A stretch of DNA of 43,682 bases, from positions 1 through 43,682 of the forward strand of contig CAXSGP010000035.1 of the NCBI GenBank assembly GCA_964236955.1, in the 5' to 3' direction. This document shows positions 9,311 to 19,688 of the stretch, piece after piece. Numbering within the stretch: the stretch's first letter is position 1; every line of letters begins with the position of its first letter. The notes under the pieces were generated by a model. That model had not been told where the DNA came from and made no database searches. It saw nothing but the letters and a program-made list of their open reading frames with translations. The position numbers and the translations under genes were made by a program. The stretch comes from an uncultured Oligoflexus sp. GTDB lineage: Bacteria; Bdellovibrionota_B; Oligoflexia; Oligoflexales; Oligoflexaceae.

Positions 9311-10174
9311 TTAATAAAGTCCCTTACTCGACAATATCTTCATCATCATTGCCTTCGCTTCAGTGCCACCGAAACCGCCCTTCTCCTGGGCAACCGTATC
9401 TTCAAAGTCCAACACAGCAATATAGTTCTTGTTGTGCCCCTTGATATGCGCCACGAACCAACCGAGTCGCTTCGTAAAGGCTATATCAACAAAACCCGAA
9501 CCCGTTTTGCCTGACCACTGATAGCCTTTGAGCGTCTCCTCCAGATAGCTGATGTTTTGAGCGGTTTCGATTGCTGAACGCTTGGCTGGCAAACGAAAGG
9601 TCCAAAATTTTTCGAGAAACTCGACTTGTTCGACAGGTGAAATAAGGAGCGTCGGCTTAGGGGTGCCCTCAACGAAAGGCGCAGGAGTCAGCCAGGCATT
9701 GGCAATTTTTCCCGAAAAATTCCTATTGCCGTAATGGAAGGCCTCGAGATAAGCCTGAATCTTCTTTCTACCCAGCGTTTTGGTGATGCGCTGGGAGAAC
9801 CAGATGACCGAGTTCGCCATCCAGGTCGTAGCGTTTTGATCCTGATTCCAGTCCGGAATTATCTCTTTCTTTCCATTCCACTTAAAGGTTGTGTTCTCAT
9901 TCTTAAGAACGTCAGAATCATAGGCCATCACCGCCAATGGAATCTTAAACGTTGAGCAAGCGGGCTTTGCTCGCTTGCAAAACTCAGGGTTAAAAGAATC
10001 GACATAAATCTTGGTATCCATATCGTAAAGAAGAAAACAGCCGTCTTTATTTGCAAAAATCGGGCTAAGTGCCATATTACTTTCGGGAATACTCACACAG
10101 GATTGAAGACTGAACAGGCTCGATATCAGCATGATGCTGGTCAAGATTCGAATAGCGTGAGCAACAATTTTCAT
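9311..10174 (-). CDS. Class D (OXA-type) beta-lactamase family protein, probable lipoprotein
   Basis: STFK, SVIW, YGN, KTG and GWFV motifs; lipobox LQSC; no BlaR1 membrane domain. Confidence 0.9.
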   Translation of the reverse strand: MKIVAHAIRILTSIMLISSLFSLQSCVSIPESNMALSPIFANKDGCFLLYDMDTKIYVDSFNPEFCKRAKPACSTFKIPLAVMAYDSDVLKNENTTFKWNGKKEIIPDWNQDQNATTWMANSVIWFSQRITKTLGRKKIQAYLEAFHYGNRNFSGKIANAWLTPAPFVEGTPKPTLLISPVEQVEFLEKFWTFRLPAKRSAIETAQNISYLEETLKGYQWSGKTGSGFVDIAFTKRLGWFVAHIKGHNKNYIAVLDFEDTVAQEKGGFGGTEAKAMMMKILSSKGLY

Positions 10175-10429
10175 CGCGTCGTCCTACCTTCGCCATATAA
10201 TTCCTAAAAGCCTTCGCAGGACAGACCCGGACGACTCGGGCCATTCTACCAAAAACCAAGCAACTGTGTTGGGAAAGCAGCACCAGGGGCAAGGAAACAT
10301 CTCGGGATGCATTCGAACTACGAAAGGGTCACCGGATTCGGCGAAAAGTGATTCTAGACGGAAATGCCGAAGGGAGGCCGTGGGGGCGCTTTAAAAATAG
10401 ATGGGGCCCGAGCTTGAACCGGCAAAACG

Positions 10430-11506
10430 TTATTTACTATCCATAGCTACGGCAGTAAAAACCGTGGCGATCAATTTGAGGTATTTCTCTGCTTGGTCTT
10501 TGCTAAGGGTCTCGCCAAGGCTCTTCAGACCATGACCAGCTTGCGAATCATGGTAATTCTGACAGTCATCCTTACACATTTGAATAACTTCAGCGATGAC
10601 AGCCCGCGCGTTTTCCATCTGATACTTCACTTCAATTTCAAGGCGAGGATCGGCAAAATGCGTGTCGGGATAAACTGTATAGGTAATGGAATCCGGACCA
10701 CGTTTCAGAATTTGAAAATCCATTTGCATATTGTGAAAGCGGAAGTTGTTGACTTTTTCTCCTCGCGCAACTTTCTTTGCAACTTCCTCCAAGCCTTCCT
10801 CATCACTAAAGTTAAGCTTAATAACTTCGCTAATGTGCTTGATATTCTGAAGGGCAATATCCGACTTCGCAAGCTTTCTGCAGAGTTCAAAAATGCTATT
10901 GAGCGCTACGGGTACATTCGTCTTATAAAAGCCGCGATTCATCGTGTAATCGGTTGACGAAGTGAGTTTTCGCCCAGTTCCGACACGCGTGCCGAGTTCA
11001 AGCCCAAGAAAGGAAATGCCAGCCGATGCCGAGGCACCAAAGCTATTGCTGTCGGATATGACCTTCTGAGATTTGCACTTGATAAAGCGATTGGCGGCAA
11101 CCGTGTCTTTGTCCACGAACACACCGTTGGTGTCCCCGGTTCCATTAACATCTTTGGCGCGACCAACAACTATTTCGTGTAGGATATTGCGCTGGAAAAC
11201 GTCATCAAATTTCATTCCGGCGCCTATATCAAAAACAGCCGTTGAGCCAAATTTAAAACTCGCACCTACATTGCTGCCGATTTCAGCAAAATCGAGCGAA
11301 CTCTGTGAAGCGGTCAGGTTGTCAGTCAGTTCAGGCGACAGCTCGCGCGAAATATCGATTTGAGCTAGCGAAACATTTTCTATATATTCACCACTGGATG
11401 CTCCCGGCTCGGGTGTACGGGATGAGTCTGCAGCATGCTTTCGGTTGCTGCAACTTGTATGCAGGCCCAAGGAACCGACCAATCCCATTACAAGCAATGT
11501 GCGCAT
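10430..11506 (-). CDS. Hypothetical lipoprotein
   Basis: Signal MRTLLVMGLVGSLGLHTSC; start moved to 11506; two Gly/Ser-rich alternating beta segments. Confidence 0.75.
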   Translation of the reverse strand: MRTLLVMGLVGSLGLHTSCSNRKHAADSSRTPEPGASSGEYIENVSLAQIDISRELSPELTDNLTASQSSLDFAEIGSNVGASFKFGSTAVFDIGAGMKFDDVFQRNILHEIVVGRAKDVNGTGDTNGVFVDKDTVAANRFIKCKSQKVISDSNSFGASASAGISFLGLELGTRVGTGRKLTSSTDYTMNRGFYKTNVPVALNSIFELCRKLAKSDIALQNIKHISEVIKLNFSDEEGLEEVAKKVARGEKVNNFRFHNMQMDFQILKRGPDSITYTVYPDTHFADPRLEIEVKYQMENARAVIAEVIQMCKDDCQNYHDSQAGHGLKSLGETLSKDQAEKYLKLIATVFTAVAMDSK

Positions 11507-11927
11507 GCGTTCGCCTTTATTTTGGACCCTGAGTAAGGAAGGTCGATTCGAAAGCTTTGTAATGAAATTTATGCAATAATCATGCACAATTTTAAGGCGT
11601 TGAAAATACTCAGGAAGCATCACTGAGAATCAAATCTTAGTGTCCAGGCGTTGCGTGGGGTGATGATAAGTTTGACGAAGCCCTTCCTTTGGGCGCCTAA
11701 AGAAAGCTAAACGAAAGTTTGAAAACGCCTGAATGGGCAGCAAGGCAAGAGCTGTGCTTCCTGCGAAGCAGGGCCTTTAATACCACATGGGTCGTGGCCA
11801 AACCCCTACCACTCTTCATAAAGCACTTGGCTCTATTGGGTCTGGAAGGACCACCACTGCCTGAGCAGCGCGATCCTTTCGTAGTATACTCGCGGCAGAG
11901 CGAACCAAACCCCCTTTCCATTCAACA

Positions 11928-12101
11928 TTAAGGCGTTGGCGGACTCGCAGCCGGCATAGGCAGGGGCGAACTGGGGTTTACCGGAGATCCATTGGGAACA
12001 GGATTAGTGTCCTGCCTTGGTATGCGATCGGGTTCGGGATCTCTTTGTCGCATCGGTCCATCGGGAAAAGGATTGGGTTTGTCATCGTTGAATTCATTCA
12101 T
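11928..12101 (-). CDS. Small Pro-rich disordered protein (57 aa)
   Basis: RBS AGGAG before ATG 12101; MNEFNDDKPNPFPDGP...PAASPPTP. Confidence 0.55.
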   Translation of the reverse strand: MNEFNDDKPNPFPDGPMRQRDPEPDRIPRQDTNPVPNGSPVNPSSPLPMPAASPPTP

Positions 12102-12607
12102 CACACCACTCCTAGAGAATAAATCTGATTTCACACTCGAGCTTGAGGCTAGCCTTATCTTTATGATGGAGCGATGAGAAAGGAGAACGATCCGGCTCGA
12201 TGGGATTATCAATGACGGCCTGAGCCACCCCACCCGATCCATGGAGCGCTATCCCGGGGTTTGAGTGCTTGCAACCTGCCCTGCTTAAGCTTTGCTTCGA
12301 GTGGAGGCCACTCTTTGTTGTGATGCGATCAAGATCGGAATATCCCGTAGGGAAGGAACCGGAATCAAGCTCACTATTCTAATTTTTTGCTCTGCCCTTG
12401 AGCGATTGCTGCCAAGGTGGAGGGGCTATAACTCATGCGAACGATGCTTCATAAATAAAACGAAAGGCATATACTTAATCAATAATAACAATATGTTATT
12501 TACTCTTGCCTCGTTGCAATCCTATATAAATGCTAGCCTTATCATTCTCACGAAAACTACTCTGATGAGGTGTTGAACACCAGACAAACATTCAGGGAGT
12601 TGTTGTC

Positions 12608-13768
12608 ATGAAGGCGATCGTTTTTCATAAACCCGGTGATATGCGTTACGAAACAGTTCCTGATCCAAAAATTATGGCTCCCACCGATGTCATCCTGCGG
12701 GTCACATCAACAGCGATATGTGGTTCGGACCTACACATCTACAATGGCTATTTTCCACAGGTTCAAAATATGGTGATGGGCCATGAATTTATGGGCATTG
12801 TGGAAGAAACGGGATCTGCCGTCAAAAAACTTAAACAGGGCGATCGGGTGGTCATTCCCTTCGTGATCGCTTGTGGTTCCTGCTGGTTCTGCAGCCATGA
12901 GTTTCCTACGGCCTGCGAAACGACAAATCCTGCCAATTATGGCCCGGAAGGCGGGATACTTAAAGAAAAGGGCGGCGGTCTCTTTGGCTTCACTAACCTT
13001 TACGGCGGCTATTCGGGAGGCCAGGCGGAGCGGGTGCGGGTCCCCTTCGCCGACGTCGGCGCGCAATTAGTTCCAGAGGATCTCAGTGATGAGCAGGTGC
13101 TATTTCTTAGCGATATTCTTCCGACTGCTTACACTGCGCTCCAATGGGCGGAAGTCAAGGAAGGCGAAACGGTGGCCATATTTGGCTCAGGTCCCGTTGG
13201 TCTGATGGCACAGAAACTTGCGCGCCTTATGGGTGCTAGCAAGATTATTGCCGTCGATCCCCAGGATTATCGACTCGCCGTTGCCTCGAGCGCAGGGCAT
13301 GCGACTCATGTGATCAATCCAGACCGGGTGAATACCGTCGATACTATTCGTGAATTAACCAGCGGTCGTGGTGCCGATGTCTGCATCGATGCGGTCGGTA
13401 TGGAAGCCAAGCGAAATGTTCTGGAAAAAGCCTCCAATGTGCTGCACGGACAAGGGGGAACTTCTAAGGTCCTGGAAACAGCGATGAGCGCGGTACGCAG
13501 GAGCGGTAGGGTTTCGGTCGTTGGGGTTTATGGAAGCAAGTATGATAGTTTTAATCTCGCCCAGTTCTTCGACAAAAATCTGACTATAAAAATGGGCCAG
13601 GCCTGGGTCCAAAACTTCAATGACGAATTGCTGGGGTTCATCCGTAGTGGGAAAATTCAAGCCGATGACATTATTAGCCATCGGATCCCAATGAAAGAGG
13701 CAGCTCGAGCTTACGAAATATTCAATAAAAAAGAGGACAATTGCGTTAAGGTTGTGATGACCCCTTGA
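12608..13768 (+). CDS. Zinc-dependent alcohol/formaldehyde dehydrogenase (MDR family, YbdR-like)
   Basis: ICGSDLH, GHEFMG, CGSCWFC...C, LSDILPT, GSGPVG, DAVG motifs. Confidence 0.92.
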   Translation: MKAIVFHKPGDMRYETVPDPKIMAPTDVILRVTSTAICGSDLHIYNGYFPQVQNMVMGHEFMGIVEETGSAVKKLKQGDRVVIPFVIACGSCWFCSHEFPTACETTNPANYGPEGGILKEKGGGLFGFTNLYGGYSGGQAERVRVPFADVGAQLVPEDLSDEQVLFLSDILPTAYTALQWAEVKEGETVAIFGSGPVGLMAQKLARLMGASKIIAVDPQDYRLAVASSAGHATHVINPDRVNTVDTIRELTSGRGADVCIDAVGMEAKRNVLEKASNVLHGQGGTSKVLETAMSAVRRSGRVSVVGVYGSKYDSFNLAQFFDKNLTIKMGQAWVQNFNDELLGFIRSGKIQADDIISHRIPMKEAARAYEIFNKKEDNCVKVVMTP

Positions 13769-13777
13769 TCCAGGAAA

Positions 13778-13806
13778 TGAGCCGCTGCATTTTAAATGGC
13801 GGCTCA
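13778..13806. terminator. Hairpin between convergent genes
   Basis: TGAGCCGC...GCGGCTCA inverted repeat. Confidence 0.5.
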
Positions 13807-13858
13807 CTAAAATTCATCTCTGTCTATTGTCATCAAGCGTTGCAAAGCAGAGCGATAC

Positions 13859-14746
13859 TTATGACGAAGCCAGGATCTCCCCAGATAAACATTGAACAAG
13901 ATAAGTCATGGCTGGCGAAGTATGGGCGACGACCCAGTTTCCTCCTGCATCACAGGCAATCCAACCAAATTCATGCTTCGCGGCTAGTGCCTCGTCAAAG
14001 GTCCTTTGGCAGGCTGCTTTCAGGGACAAACCATCACGTACCCGTGTCTCGATACGAACAGCGACACCCGCATCAACTATTTGTTCTCCAATCCCCGTCA
14101 CCGAAATCGCGGCAAACGCGCTTGCATAGTTTCCAGCGACAGTCGCGGAATCACTGACACGACCTGGTTCCTCGTTACCTCGACCGCCTGTGCTCGTACC
14201 GGCAGTCAGAGCTTTTCCTTGGGATGAAACAACCACACCGACCGTGTCGCAACCATCGGCCTCCGTCGCTGCCTTTTCCCGCTTGGAAAGCCAGGCTTTC
14301 AATCGAGCCTTGCTTACTAAATCTGCGACCGGAAGACCGAGAGTTCGCGCCAGCAAATCATGTCCGGGGCCGGTTAAAACCCGAGACGATTTATTTTGTA
14401 GCTCTAACGCCAGACGCGAAGGGTTCTTAACATCACTGATTGAGATAACACCTGAAAAGCACTGGCTTCTTCCATCCATAAGAGCAGCCGACAGTCGGGG
14501 TCTACCGTCAGCCTGTAATGCCGAGCCAAAGCCTGCATTAAAACCTTCATCATCTTCCAGTCCAGCCAAGACGAGCGCGGAAAGTTTCAAGGGGTCGTCT
14601 TTATCCCAAACCGAAAGAGCATCATTGGCAATTGTCTTTAAGCTCGCGGTCGCCTTCTTCAGTCCTGCAGGGCTAGGATCCATGGGACCGGCTCCGCCAT
14701 GCAGCATAAAAAAGGGCAGTGTGCTTCTTCCGTCTATAATATTCAT
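13859..14746 (-). CDS. iaaA: Isoaspartyl dipeptidase / plant-type L-asparaginase (Ntn hydrolase)
   Basis: HGGAG, FNAGFGS, D/TVG nucleophile Thr, TSTGG, GRVSDS, TGIGE; directly downstream of cphA. Confidence 0.88.
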   Translation of the reverse strand: MNIIDGRSTLPFFMLHGGAGPMDPSPAGLKKATASLKTIANDALSVWDKDDPLKLSALVLAGLEDDEGFNAGFGSALQADGRPRLSAALMDGRSQCFSGVISISDVKNPSRLALELQNKSSRVLTGPGHDLLARTLGLPVADLVSKARLKAWLSKREKAATEADGCDTVGVVVSSQGKALTAGTSTGGRGNEEPGRVSDSATVAGNYASAFAAISVTGIGEQIVDAGVAVRIETRVRDGLSLKAACQRTFDEALAAKHEFGWIACDAGGNWVVAHTSPAMTYLVQCLSGEILASS

Positions 14747-14767
14747 AATTTATTCCTACCCCTTTGA

Positions 14768-17461
14768 TTAGGACCTCGCCTGGATCCAGGTTTTGTCCGT
14801 TTCCAGCCCTTTTACGTTTGGCAACGTTGCCAGTATCGCCAAGTCGGCAGGTATTGCATGCCTCGATTTAAGACAGTCTATGACCGATTCATAATCATCA
14901 TAAAAGTGAACAATGGTCTCGCCTGCTTCCATACTGTCGATAGCCGTTTCCAGCGCCTCTCGCTCATTCGATATAATCCGACATTCTTTATGAGGAAAGG
15001 CTTTGTTTATAGCCTGCAGCGTAATTGCGGCCGTCTCTCCCAACTCACGACCACGCAAATCGATATCCTCTTTTATAAAAATTCTATCGAAGCCGGAGCC
15101 GGCGGCGTGAGCGCCCTTTTCGAGCATGTCTATGCTTCGATCACCCGGCAAACCGATAATACCAGTCGTTCTGCGGCTAAAGCGCCGAGCTGTTTCGCTA
15201 ATCGCGAAAAATGCGGATGGATTATGACCATAATCGAGCAGCACTAAACCTTGTCCAACCTTATAAATATTGAGGCGCCCTGGATTGTCTTTTCCGCTAT
15301 CAAAGGTCTGCAGAGCTGCCATGATTTTGGTCTTTTCCAAACCCTGAGCCCGAACGGCTGCAATCGCTGCCAGCACATTTTCAACCTGATAGGATGCAAA
15401 GCCGGATAGGGTGCATGGAACCTTGCCGAGATCAACGAGGGGCGTGATTTGAAAAAGGCCTTTCGCCTCAAACACCCAATTATTCATCACATAATAACCG
15501 GTTCCACCGTTAGCGATATGCTTTTGCATGATTTCGTTTTCAGAATCCAGAGCGAAATAGCAGATATCACGCTTAAGATTTTGCCTTTGCATGCAGCGCA
15601 TTTCAGGCAAGGCAGCCAACCTTTTGTCAGCTGCATTTAATACCACCGTTCCGCCTTCACGCACACGTTCCGCGACCAGCGATTTTGCATGGAGTATATC
15701 GTCTTCATCCTCAATTCCATCCTGACCGATGTGATCGGCTTGGATGTTAGTGATCACACCGACATCCGACCAGTCATAACCCAAACCGTTACGCATCAGA
15801 CCGCCCCGGGCTGTTTCAAGAACGGCTATTTCGATCGTTGGATCCGACAGCAGAGTCCTAGCCGAACGAGGCCCGGTGGTATCGCCTCGGGAAATACAGT
15901 TTTGATTGATCCATATACCACCCGTCGTCGTCGTTCCCACAGTTTTTCCTGTGGCCTGCATCAGATGTGAAATCAAACGCGTTGTGGTTGTTTTGCCGTT
16001 GGTTCCGGTGATTGAAATAATGGGAATACGGGCATCCTGATCCTTCGGGAATAACATTTTAACAATAGCGGCACCAACATCGCGTGATTTTCCCTCGCTA
16101 GGAAAATGGTGCATGCGGATTCCAGGTGCCGTATTCAATTCGACAATGCCGTTATTTTTATTCAGGGGTTTTGAAATATCCTCGGCCAACAGATCGATGC
16201 CGCAGATATCCAAACCTATCGCGAGGGCCGCCCTTTCACAGATATGGGCCACCGAGGGATGAACGTCGTCAGTAACGTCTATCGCTTTACCACCAGTAGA
16301 AAGATTGGTGTTATCACGCAATGCTACCGCCACTCCCATTGCCGGAACTGAGTCTAAACTGAGCCCCTGTTTTTGCAGGCAAATTAAGGCAATTTCATCG
16401 AGCGGAATCTTGGTCATCGGTTTTTCATGGCCATCCCCGCGGCGGACGTCGCTGTTTTCTGTCGCAACAAGGGCCGATATTGATGTAAATCCGTCACCGA
16501 TAACACTTGGAGCGAGCCGTTTGGAAGCGGCAATAAGTTTACCGCCGACAACGACCACACGATAATCAAACCCTTGATACATTTCCTCGACAATAACCCT
16601 TGCCGAGTATTCTTTTGCTATTCTAAAGGCAGCAGCCGCTTCGTCTTCACTCGCGATATGCAGCGAGACGCCCTTACCCTGATTCCCGTCGAGCGGTTTT
16701 ATCGCAGCCCTTCCGCCGATGGCTCGCCACGCCTCGCGCGCGCCTTCTTCCGTTCGTACAACTTTTCCATAGGGTACGGGAATGCAGGCCCGTTCTAAAA
16801 ACTCCTTGGTCAAAGCTTTATCGCAGGATATCTCGACAGCGATTGATCGGGTGCTCCAACTTTGGGTTGCCTGAATAATCTTAAGGTTTTTGCCAATACC
16901 CAGCTGAATGAGACTTTGTTCGTTCAATCTTTGCCAGGGAATATTTCGGGCAATTGCTGCGTCGACGATGGCTTTGGTACTGGGACCAAGCGCCCGACGT
17001 GCCGTGATCCGTCGACCTTCAGCTAACTTTTCTTCCAGATCATAGGATTCGTTCTTCAAAATACCTAGGGCGTATTCAAAGGCCGTGCGGAGTAAATGTT
17101 CAGAAAGGGCCGGTTCTATGCACTCAATCACAACTTTATAAATTCCAGGCGCGCCGCCATAGACAGTCTTTCCGTAAGAAGCCGATATCCCGGCAGGCTC
17201 AGAAAGTTCCAACGCGATATGCTCTATGATGTGGCCAAGATAAGTTCCTTCGTTGAGGCGTTCGACGAAGCCCCCGTGATGTCCCCGGCTGCAGCGATGG
17301 AGGTGGAGACCAGGAAGGTCGCTCAGAATTTTCTCGACAAAGGCTGGCAACATAGAACTTTCGGTTGCTATGTATTCCTCAAGATCGATAGTCATAATCA
17401 TAACAGGTTTATGATTGAAAATATTAGGTCCGGGAATAGGATTCATTCGCAGCAATTTCAT
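14768..17461 (-). CDS. cphA: Cyanophycin synthetase CphA1
   Basis: N domain (GPN, C-x19-HxxEH), ATP-grasp (KPLDGNQGKGV, NLSTGG, APGIRMH), Mur-ligase domain (GTNGKTTT, ETARGG, DYGHN). Confidence 0.97.
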   Translation of the reverse strand: MKLLRMNPIPGPNIFNHKPVMIMTIDLEEYIATESSMLPAFVEKILSDLPGLHLHRCSRGHHGGFVERLNEGTYLGHIIEHIALELSEPAGISASYGKTVYGGAPGIYKVVIECIEPALSEHLLRTAFEYALGILKNESYDLEEKLAEGRRITARRALGPSTKAIVDAAIARNIPWQRLNEQSLIQLGIGKNLKIIQATQSWSTRSIAVEISCDKALTKEFLERACIPVPYGKVVRTEEGAREAWRAIGGRAAIKPLDGNQGKGVSLHIASEDEAAAAFRIAKEYSARVIVEEMYQGFDYRVVVVGGKLIAASKRLAPSVIGDGFTSISALVATENSDVRRGDGHEKPMTKIPLDEIALICLQKQGLSLDSVPAMGVAVALRDNTNLSTGGKAIDVTDDVHPSVAHICERAALAIGLDICGIDLLAEDISKPLNKNNGIVELNTAPGIRMHHFPSEGKSRDVGAAIVKMLFPKDQDARIPIISITGTNGKTTTTRLISHLMQATGKTVGTTTTGGIWINQNCISRGDTTGPRSARTLLSDPTIEIAVLETARGGLMRNGLGYDWSDVGVITNIQADHIGQDGIEDEDDILHAKSLVAERVREGGTVVLNAADKRLAALPEMRCMQRQNLKRDICYFALDSENEIMQKHIANGGTGYYVMNNWVFEAKGLFQITPLVDLGKVPCTLSGFASYQVENVLAAIAAVRAQGLEKTKIMAALQTFDSGKDNPGRLNIYKVGQGLVLLDYGHNPSAFFAISETARRFSRRTTGIIGLPGDRSIDMLEKGAHAAGSGFDRIFIKEDIDLRGRELGETAAITLQAINKAFPHKECRIISNEREALETAIDSMEAGETIVHFYDDYESVIDCLKSRHAIPADLAILATLPNVKGLETDKTWIQARS

Positions 17462-17471
17462 GATATGCCTT

Positions 17472-18293
17472 TTAATATTTTATATTGAAAATGGGGTTTC
17501 TGTTGCGTAAATCAAAGCCATGACCAGCTGGCAAAAGATGTAACCTGACATCGCCGATGGCAAGGTTTTCATCGCTTTCCTCTCTCGACGGAATGCCGTT
17601 GCTCACATTGCCGGCATCGAGCACGGTTATGGACCCGGCACCCACTACCCGACAGATATTGCCTTCGACTATGATTGCGGTGTTTTCGTCGATACCAATT
17701 CCGAGATGATGGGGATATTGGGCAATAGCAGTGAGCAGTCGATTGATGCGGCCCCGCTGAGCAAAATGCTGGTCGATAATGACCCCGGGAAGAAATTCCA
17801 TTCCGGCCCCAAGGCGAGTCATACCGACCCGAGCGGTCGTTTCTGCCGGTCCATGAATGATCATGATGCTCGACATCATGGAGGCACCCGCGCTGGTTCC
17901 AGCTAGGACCAGACCCTTTTCATAACGGTCGTGAAGGGTCATATCGAGCTTGGTGCCACCCAATAGCCTGGTGATGCGAAACTGATCCCCGCCTGTAAAG
18001 AAGACAGCGGTAGCTGCCTCAATACGCGCTATCGCTTCCGGACAGTTAGCTTGATCGCGAGTCTCTACATCAACAGTGGTCACCTCGGAATTTGGTCCCG
18101 CTAAGTCCTTGAAAATCCGGACATACTCGCTTCCCACTTCCTGCGGCAACTCAGTAGCAACGGTCATTATTACAATTTTGGCCCGATCCGAACCCGCCAT
18201 CCGGATAAATTCTTTTAATATGATCGGATCACGCTTTTTATCTTCGGCTCCACCGATGATAATCAATGAACCAGTCTTGGACGCCTCAATCAC
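17472..18293 (-). CDS. cphB: Cyanophycinase
   Basis: IIGGAEDK, TGGDQ, GTSAG (catalytic Ser), IDQHF, IDENT; start placed at GTG 18293 behind GGAGG. Confidence 0.95.
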   Translation of the reverse strand: MIEASKTGSLIIIGGAEDKKRDPIILKEFIRMAGSDRAKIVIMTVATELPQEVGSEYVRIFKDLAGPNSEVTTVDVETRDQANCPEAIARIEAATAVFFTGGDQFRITRLLGGTKLDMTLHDRYEKGLVLAGTSAGASMMSSIMIIHGPAETTARVGMTRLGAGMEFLPGVIIDQHFAQRGRINRLLTAIAQYPHHLGIGIDENTAIIVEGNICRVVGAGSITVLDAGNVSNGIPSREESDENLAIGDVRLHLLPAGHGFDLRNRNPIFNIKY

Positions 18294-18328
18294 TTTTTCC
18301 TCCACCTAGCTACGGATTGAAGGGCTTG

Positions 18329-18345
18329 TGCAATAGGTTTGCCAA
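18329..18345 (-). promoter_or_regulatory. Sigma54 (RpoN)-type promoter of cphB-cphA-iaaA
   Basis: TTGGCAAACCTATTGCA = GG-N10-GC, about 35 nt upstream of the cphB start. Confidence 0.7.
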
Positions 18346-18734
18346 GAATGTAGCTATTAAGAGCGGATTTTGAAGGCATTGCGGATTAGAAAAAGGTCAT
18401 TGATTTCAGGAATGGAAAAAATGGCGAGGAAAGAACTGAGGATTGATGAATGGACATCAATACAGTTTGTGCTGGAAAAATGATACAGTCCATAGGACTC
18501 AGAATGATTGCTGCTGGCCTTTTGCAGGCAATTGGAATCAAACAGGACCCGTCAACAGCAAACAATCCATGAGACGATTCATAGGAATCCATGTCTGTCA
18601 TAATAGCAATTTCACTTAGGCTCATCAAAATGAATTTAAAAGTCCTGCGGCAACAGCCCCAAGGCTTGAGACCTTAAACCCATGGAACCAGCCTGCTTCG
18701 GTATTCGCTTGGCCTTTCCAACTCAATCCTCGAC

Positions 18735-19661
18735 CTATCCATGGTGGGAGTTAAGGGCGGCACGAACTTTAGCCTCCTGCAGCTCTGGAACAAAGCCTTC
18801 AATGAACGAATACGCATAATCCCGTAAGTAATGACCGCGACGAATGCCGAGACGCGTGGTGTTAACTTCAAAAAGATGATCGGCATTGACTAAAGCAAGC
18901 GTGCGATCGTGCTCAGGATGAAAGGCAACGGAGGCAATAATGCCCACTCCCAGTCCAATATCCACGTAAGTTTTGATGACGTCTGCATCAATAGCCGAAA
19001 GAACGATGTCAGGACTCAGGCCAGCGCTTTGGAATGCTGCATCAATCTTATAGCGCCCCGTAAATCCTTCCTGATAGGTTATCAAAGGGTATTCAGCAAT
19101 GTCTTCGAGACTGAGATGGGGAAGGGACCGCAGGGGATGATCAACGGGTACTATCAAAGCGTGATGCCATGAATAACAGGGGAAAGACACGATCCCTGAT
19201 AATTCGAGACCCTCGGTAGCAATCGCAAAATCCGCCTCGCCGGCTAAAACCATCGCTGAGATCTCCCGGGGACTGCCCTGGTGCAGGGCGAGACTCACCT
19301 TGGGAAATTGCTTGCGAAAACTTTTTACGGCTAAAGGGAGCGCATAACGAGCCTGAGTGTGGGTCGTCGCCACCACCAAACGTCCATGTTCGCGGCTTGA
19401 AAACTGATCGGCAATTCGGCCCATATTGCCTGCATCCACCAATATCCTGTCAGCCACCAGCAAAAGCTCTTTGCCGGCCGCCGTAAGACCTAAAAAGCGC
19501 TTTCCTTTGCGGATGAAGATTTCAAGACCGAGCTCGTCCTCGAGATCTTTGATGTGCTTGCTTACGCCGGGCTGCGAGGTGTAAAGAACGGCGGCCACCT
19601 CGGTAAGATTGAAGTCACGCCGAACCGTTTCTTTGATAATCTTTAATTGCTGAAAATTCAT
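18735..19661 (-). CDS. cysB: CysB/Cbl-family LysR regulator
   Basis: MNFQQLKIIKE, TSQPGVSKHI, TTHTQARYALP, DADVIKTYV. Confidence 0.93.
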   Translation of the reverse strand: MNFQQLKIIKETVRRDFNLTEVAAVLYTSQPGVSKHIKDLEDELGLEIFIRKGKRFLGLTAAGKELLLVADRILVDAGNMGRIADQFSSREHGRLVVATTHTQARYALPLAVKSFRKQFPKVSLALHQGSPREISAMVLAGEADFAIATEGLELSGIVSFPCYSWHHALIVPVDHPLRSLPHLSLEDIAEYPLITYQEGFTGRYKIDAAFQSAGLSPDIVLSAIDADVIKTYVDIGLGVGIIASVAFHPEHDRTLALVNADHLFEVNTTRLGIRRGHYLRDYAYSFIEGFVPELQEAKVRAALNSHHG

Positions 19662-19688
19662 AATCCATCATCCCACTCAATCAATACC

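Noticed and set aside
11700..11745. GCTAAACGAAAGTTTG, a possible c-di-GMP-I riboswitch
   Set aside because: Only the GAAA-capped stem fits; the GACGCAAA and P3 elements are missing and no plus-strand gene follows closely.
18386..18628. 80-aa ORF upstream of cphB
   Set aside because: No RBS or family features; more likely the upstream activator region of the sigma54 promoter.
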